From the NCBI GenBank assembly GCA_964496725.1, contig CAZCAS010000001.1:1-49295 (forward strand): 49,295 nt of DNA, given 5' to 3'. The position numbers and the translations under genes were made by a program. Below the pieces are notes generated by a model. That model was not told the origin of the DNA, did no database searches, and saw only the letters and a list, made by a program, of their open reading frames with translations. The DNA comes from an uncultured Dehalococcoidales bacterium. Its GTDB lineage: Bacteria; Chloroflexota; Dehalococcoidia; Dehalococcoidales; E44-bin46. Numbering within the stretch: position 1 is the stretch's first letter; each line of letters starts with the position of its first letter. Below, piece by piece: positions 46,808-49,295 of the stretch.

Positions 46808-47670
46808 CCCTGAAACAGGCTCTTCATCATGCTCGGGAGATTCTTGTTGCGCATGATATTGAAGAAGCTCAGCTGGAGTGCGAGCTGTTGCTGAGGGAAG
46901 CTTTAGGGATAGGCCGGGTTCAGTTATATCTAAATCTCGATAGTGAACTGGGCTCCAAGGAGCAGGAGTTCTGGCGCCTGATTGAGCGCCGTCTCAGCGG
47001 TGAGCCGATAGCCTACATCATGGGGCGCCGCGAGTTCTATGGCCTTGATTTCTGTGTTGCCCCCGGCGTGTTCATCCCCCGACCGGAGAGTGAGTTGCTG
47101 GTGGAGCAGGCTGTCAAGCTGGCTCAAAATCATACTGTATCCACCGTGGCGGAGGTCGGTACCGGTTGCGGCGCCATCGCCATCAGCCTAGCGTTAAATC
47201 TCCCCCGGGCAAAGGTCTATGCCGTTGATATATCCGCTTCTGCTCTCAAGGTTGCCCAATCTAACTGCCAGAAACACGGCGTGGCAGATAGGGTTTGTCT
47301 TCTTCGGGGCGATATGCTCGAGCCGTTGCCTGAGTCGGTTGACCTCATAGTGGCTAACCTGCCCTATGTGAAGGAGATGGAATTGCCCCAGCTAGGTTCG
47401 GCAGGTTTTGAGCCGTTGCTGGCGTTAAATGGGGGTTGGGACGGGCTGGACAAGATACGGCAGCTATGCCAACAGGCAGGCGATAGGCTTTGTCCTCAGG
47501 GCTCTCTGCTTCTGGAGATAGGGCAGGGGCAGGGGGGGTCAGTAACCAGCCTGTTACATCGCCTGTTCCCCTCAGCCGAGTTAGAAGTATTGCCCGATTT
47601 AAGTGGCATAGACCGTGTGGTAAGCCTGACCCTCACCGCTGCCGGAGAGTCGTCGTTAGCGGTTTCTTAG
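46804..47670 (+). CDS. prmC: Release factor glutamine N5-methyltransferase
   Basis: SAM-binding EVGTGCGAIAI, a 4-nt overlap with prfA, and motif IV read as NLPY (47356-47367) instead of the usual NPPY. Confidence 0.9.
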   Translation: MTLKQALHHAREILVAHDIEEAQLECELLLREALGIGRVQLYLNLDSELGSKEQEFWRLIERRLSGEPIAYIMGRREFYGLDFCVAPGVFIPRPESELLVEQAVKLAQNHTVSTVAEVGTGCGAIAISLALNLPRAKVYAVDISASALKVAQSNCQKHGVADRVCLLRGDMLEPLPESVDLIVANLPYVKEMELPQLGSAGFEPLLALNGGWDGLDKIRQLCQQAGDRLCPQGSLLLEIGQGQGGSVTSLLHRLFPSAELEVLPDLSGIDRVVSLTLTAAGESSLAVS

Positions 47671-49295
47671 TCCTTCTTGGCTTGCCTTTCCGCAGTAATC
47701 TTCTGGGTGATGTTGGGGGGTGCCTCCTCATAGTGGCTGAACTCAACAGTGAATGTCCCTCTCCCCTGAGTTATCGATTTCAGGTCTATGGTATAGCGCA
47801 TAATCTCAGCCTGGGGCACCTGGGCTTCAATAACATTGCTGCCATCCTCAGGGTTCATTCCCAGAACCTTGGCCCGTTTGCCATTAAGGTCGCCGATGAT
47901 ATCGCCGGTGAACTCCTCAGGAACCCGCACCTTGATGTTCACTATCGGTTCGAGGAGGATGGGTTGCCCATCGGCTAAACCCTTCTTCACCGCTCCTGCA
48001 CCGGCAATCTTGAAACATATGTCCGAGGAATCAACCGGGTGGAAGCTACCATCGTAGACTATTATCCTTATGTCCACCACTGGATAGTGGGCCAACACCC
48101 CTTCTTTTCGGGCCTCGTTGACACCCTTCTCTACCGACGGGATGTAATTCCTGGGTATCCTCCCGCCTACCACCTTATCGACGAACTCGTGGCCGCTGCC
48201 CCGGGGCAGAGGCTCTAGCTCCAGCATGACATGGCCATATTGACCGTGTCCTCCGGTTTGTTTCTTGTGCTTGTATTCAGCCTTGACCGATGTGGTGATA
48301 GTCTCTTTGTAGGGAACCTCGGGGGTTTCCAGGTCTACCTGGACGCCGAATTTGCGCGACATCTTCTCGGCGGCTACTTCAAGGTGGGTCTCGCCGAGTC
48401 CAGAGAGGATGGTCTCTCCTGTGTCGGCATCCCTGTGGACACGAAGGGTGGGGTCTTCCTCGGTTATCCGGGTTAATGATGGCCCCAGCTTGTCCACATC
48501 GCCCTTACTCTTGGGGTGTATCGCTCCGCTGAACACCGGGTCGGGGAATTGGGTGGGGGTGATGAGCATCGGCTTCTCGCGGCTGGTCAATGTGTTCCCG
48601 GTGCTGGTTACATTCAGTTTGGCTACCGCCCCGATGTCTCCCGCTGCGACCTTGTCTACCGGTTCCTGGTTTTTGCCTCTCAGGCTAAATAGCTGGCCTA
48701 TGCGCTCCGTCTCTCCCTGGGAGGCGTTCCACACCTGAGAGTTACTCCCGAGGGTGCCGTTGTAGACTCTGAAGTAGGTAAGTTTGCCTACATATGGGTC
48801 GGCGCTGGTCTTGAAGACGAGGGCGGCTAACGGGCCATCCTGGGAGGGCTTAATCCGCTGTTCCTGCTTGCCTGAATCGCCAGCGATGGCTACCTCTTTC
48901 TCCGCAGGCGATGGCAGATAGGTGGGGATGATGTCCAGCAGCTCGCTGATTCCTATACTCTTTAACGCTGAGCCGACCAAAACGGGCACAATCTTGCCCT
49001 CGGCTACAGCCTGTCGTAGTCCTTTGCCCACTTCCTCCGCGGTGAGCTCCTCACCGCCCAGGTACTTCTCAATGAGCTTATCGTCGATTTCAGCTACCCC
49101 CTCTATCAGTTTCTGCCGAAAGGACTCGACCTTGTCTGCCACTGACGAGGGTATCTCGGCTTCCTTTGCCGGAGAGCCGATATAGGCTTTCATTGCCAGC
49201 AGGTCGACTATCCCCTGGAAGTCAGTCTGGGCGCCGATGGGCAGCTGGAGAGGCAGGCATTTGTGACCGAACTTCGATTGAATCTGGTCGAGGGT
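47667..49295 (-). CDS. fusA: Elongation factor G family GTPase, 5' partial (N-terminal G domain lies beyond the window)
   Basis: The frame is open to the window edge (..LPIGAQTDFQGIVDLLAMKAY..). Domains II-V of EF-G are recognisable (GDIGAVAKL, KQTGGHGQYGHV, and a C-terminal EF-G_C). It is not flanked by rpsL/rpsG/tuf here. Confidence 0.88.
   Translation of the reverse strand, partial: TLDQIQSKFGHKCLPLQLPIGAQTDFQGIVDLLAMKAYIGSPAKEAEIPSSVADKVESFRQKLIEGVAEIDDKLIEKYLGGEELTAEEVGKGLRQAVAEGKIVPVLVGSALKSIGISELLDIIPTYLPSPAEKEVAIAGDSGKQEQRIKPSQDGPLAALVFKTSADPYVGKLTYFRVYNGTLGSNSQVWNASQGETERIGQLFSLRGKNQEPVDKVAAGDIGAVAKLNVTSTGNTLTSREKPMLITPTQFPDPVFSGAIHPKSKGDVDKLGPSLTRITEEDPTLRVHRDADTGETILSGLGETHLEVAAEKMSRKFGVQVDLETPEVPYKETITTSVKAEYKHKKQTGGHGQYGHVMLELEPLPRGSGHEFVDKVVGGRIPRNYIPSVEKGVNEARKEGVLAHYPVVDIRIIVYDGSFHPVDSSDICFKIAGAGAVKKGLADGQPILLEPIVNIKVRVPEEFTGDIIGDLNGKRAKVLGMNPEDGSNVIEAQVPQAEIMRYTIDLKSITQGRGTFTVEFSHYEEAPPNITQKITAERQAKKD

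Overview
This is a compact chromosomal segment made up almost entirely of housekeeping genes. I count about 50 protein genes and 3 tRNAs (Glu-UUC, Pro-CGG, Ser-GCU). I could find no rRNA, CRISPR array, transposase, integrase, phage genes or recognisable defence system.

The window spans dnaA and probably the replication origin. Genes from 9.4 to 17.2 kb (gyrA, TPR protein, aspartate kinase, apgM-like, mazG, fmt) run on the minus strand. dnaA-obg-nadD-pyrE run on the plus strand from 17.5 kb. Both intergenic regions flanking dnaA carry palindromes, tandem repeats and an AT-rich tract.

Other content:
- Biosynthesis: argC, hisH/hisF, pyrE/pyrF/pyrD, nadC/nadD, folC, ilvE.
- Translation and information processing: gyrB, hisS, rel, rpsT, lexA, dtd, miaB, ybeY, prfA-prmC and a 5'-partial EF-G.
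- Transport: a CbiM/PDGLE/CbiQ/CbiO ECF metal importer.
- Regulation: two Fur-family regulators.

Gene packing is very tight. There are four convergent gene pairs with overlapping ends and many 1-8 nt same-strand overlaps. Several genes use TTG or GTG starts behind strong GGAGG-type Shine-Dalgarno sites.

Gene order, an archaeal-type apgM-like gene, an iron-sulfur flavoprotein and an AGAAC-N4-GTTCT LexA box suggest a Chloroflexota (Dehalococcoidia-like) genome. That assignment is inference only.

I did not find a clear novel multi-gene system. The observations most worth following up are:
1. A Fur-family regulator whose promoter -10 element is covered by a perfect 7-1-7 Fur box, co-transcribed with an uncharacterised His/Cys-rich 6-TM membrane protein.
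2. A dinB (Pol IV) gene broken by two frameshifts, preceded by a small translationally coupled ORF that is also out of frame.
3. The repeat architecture around dnaA.
4. A Fur-family regulator, rather than a B12 riboswitch or NikR, placed ahead of the CbiMNQO-type transporter.
5. An apgM-like gene lying 24 bp upstream of aspartate kinase.
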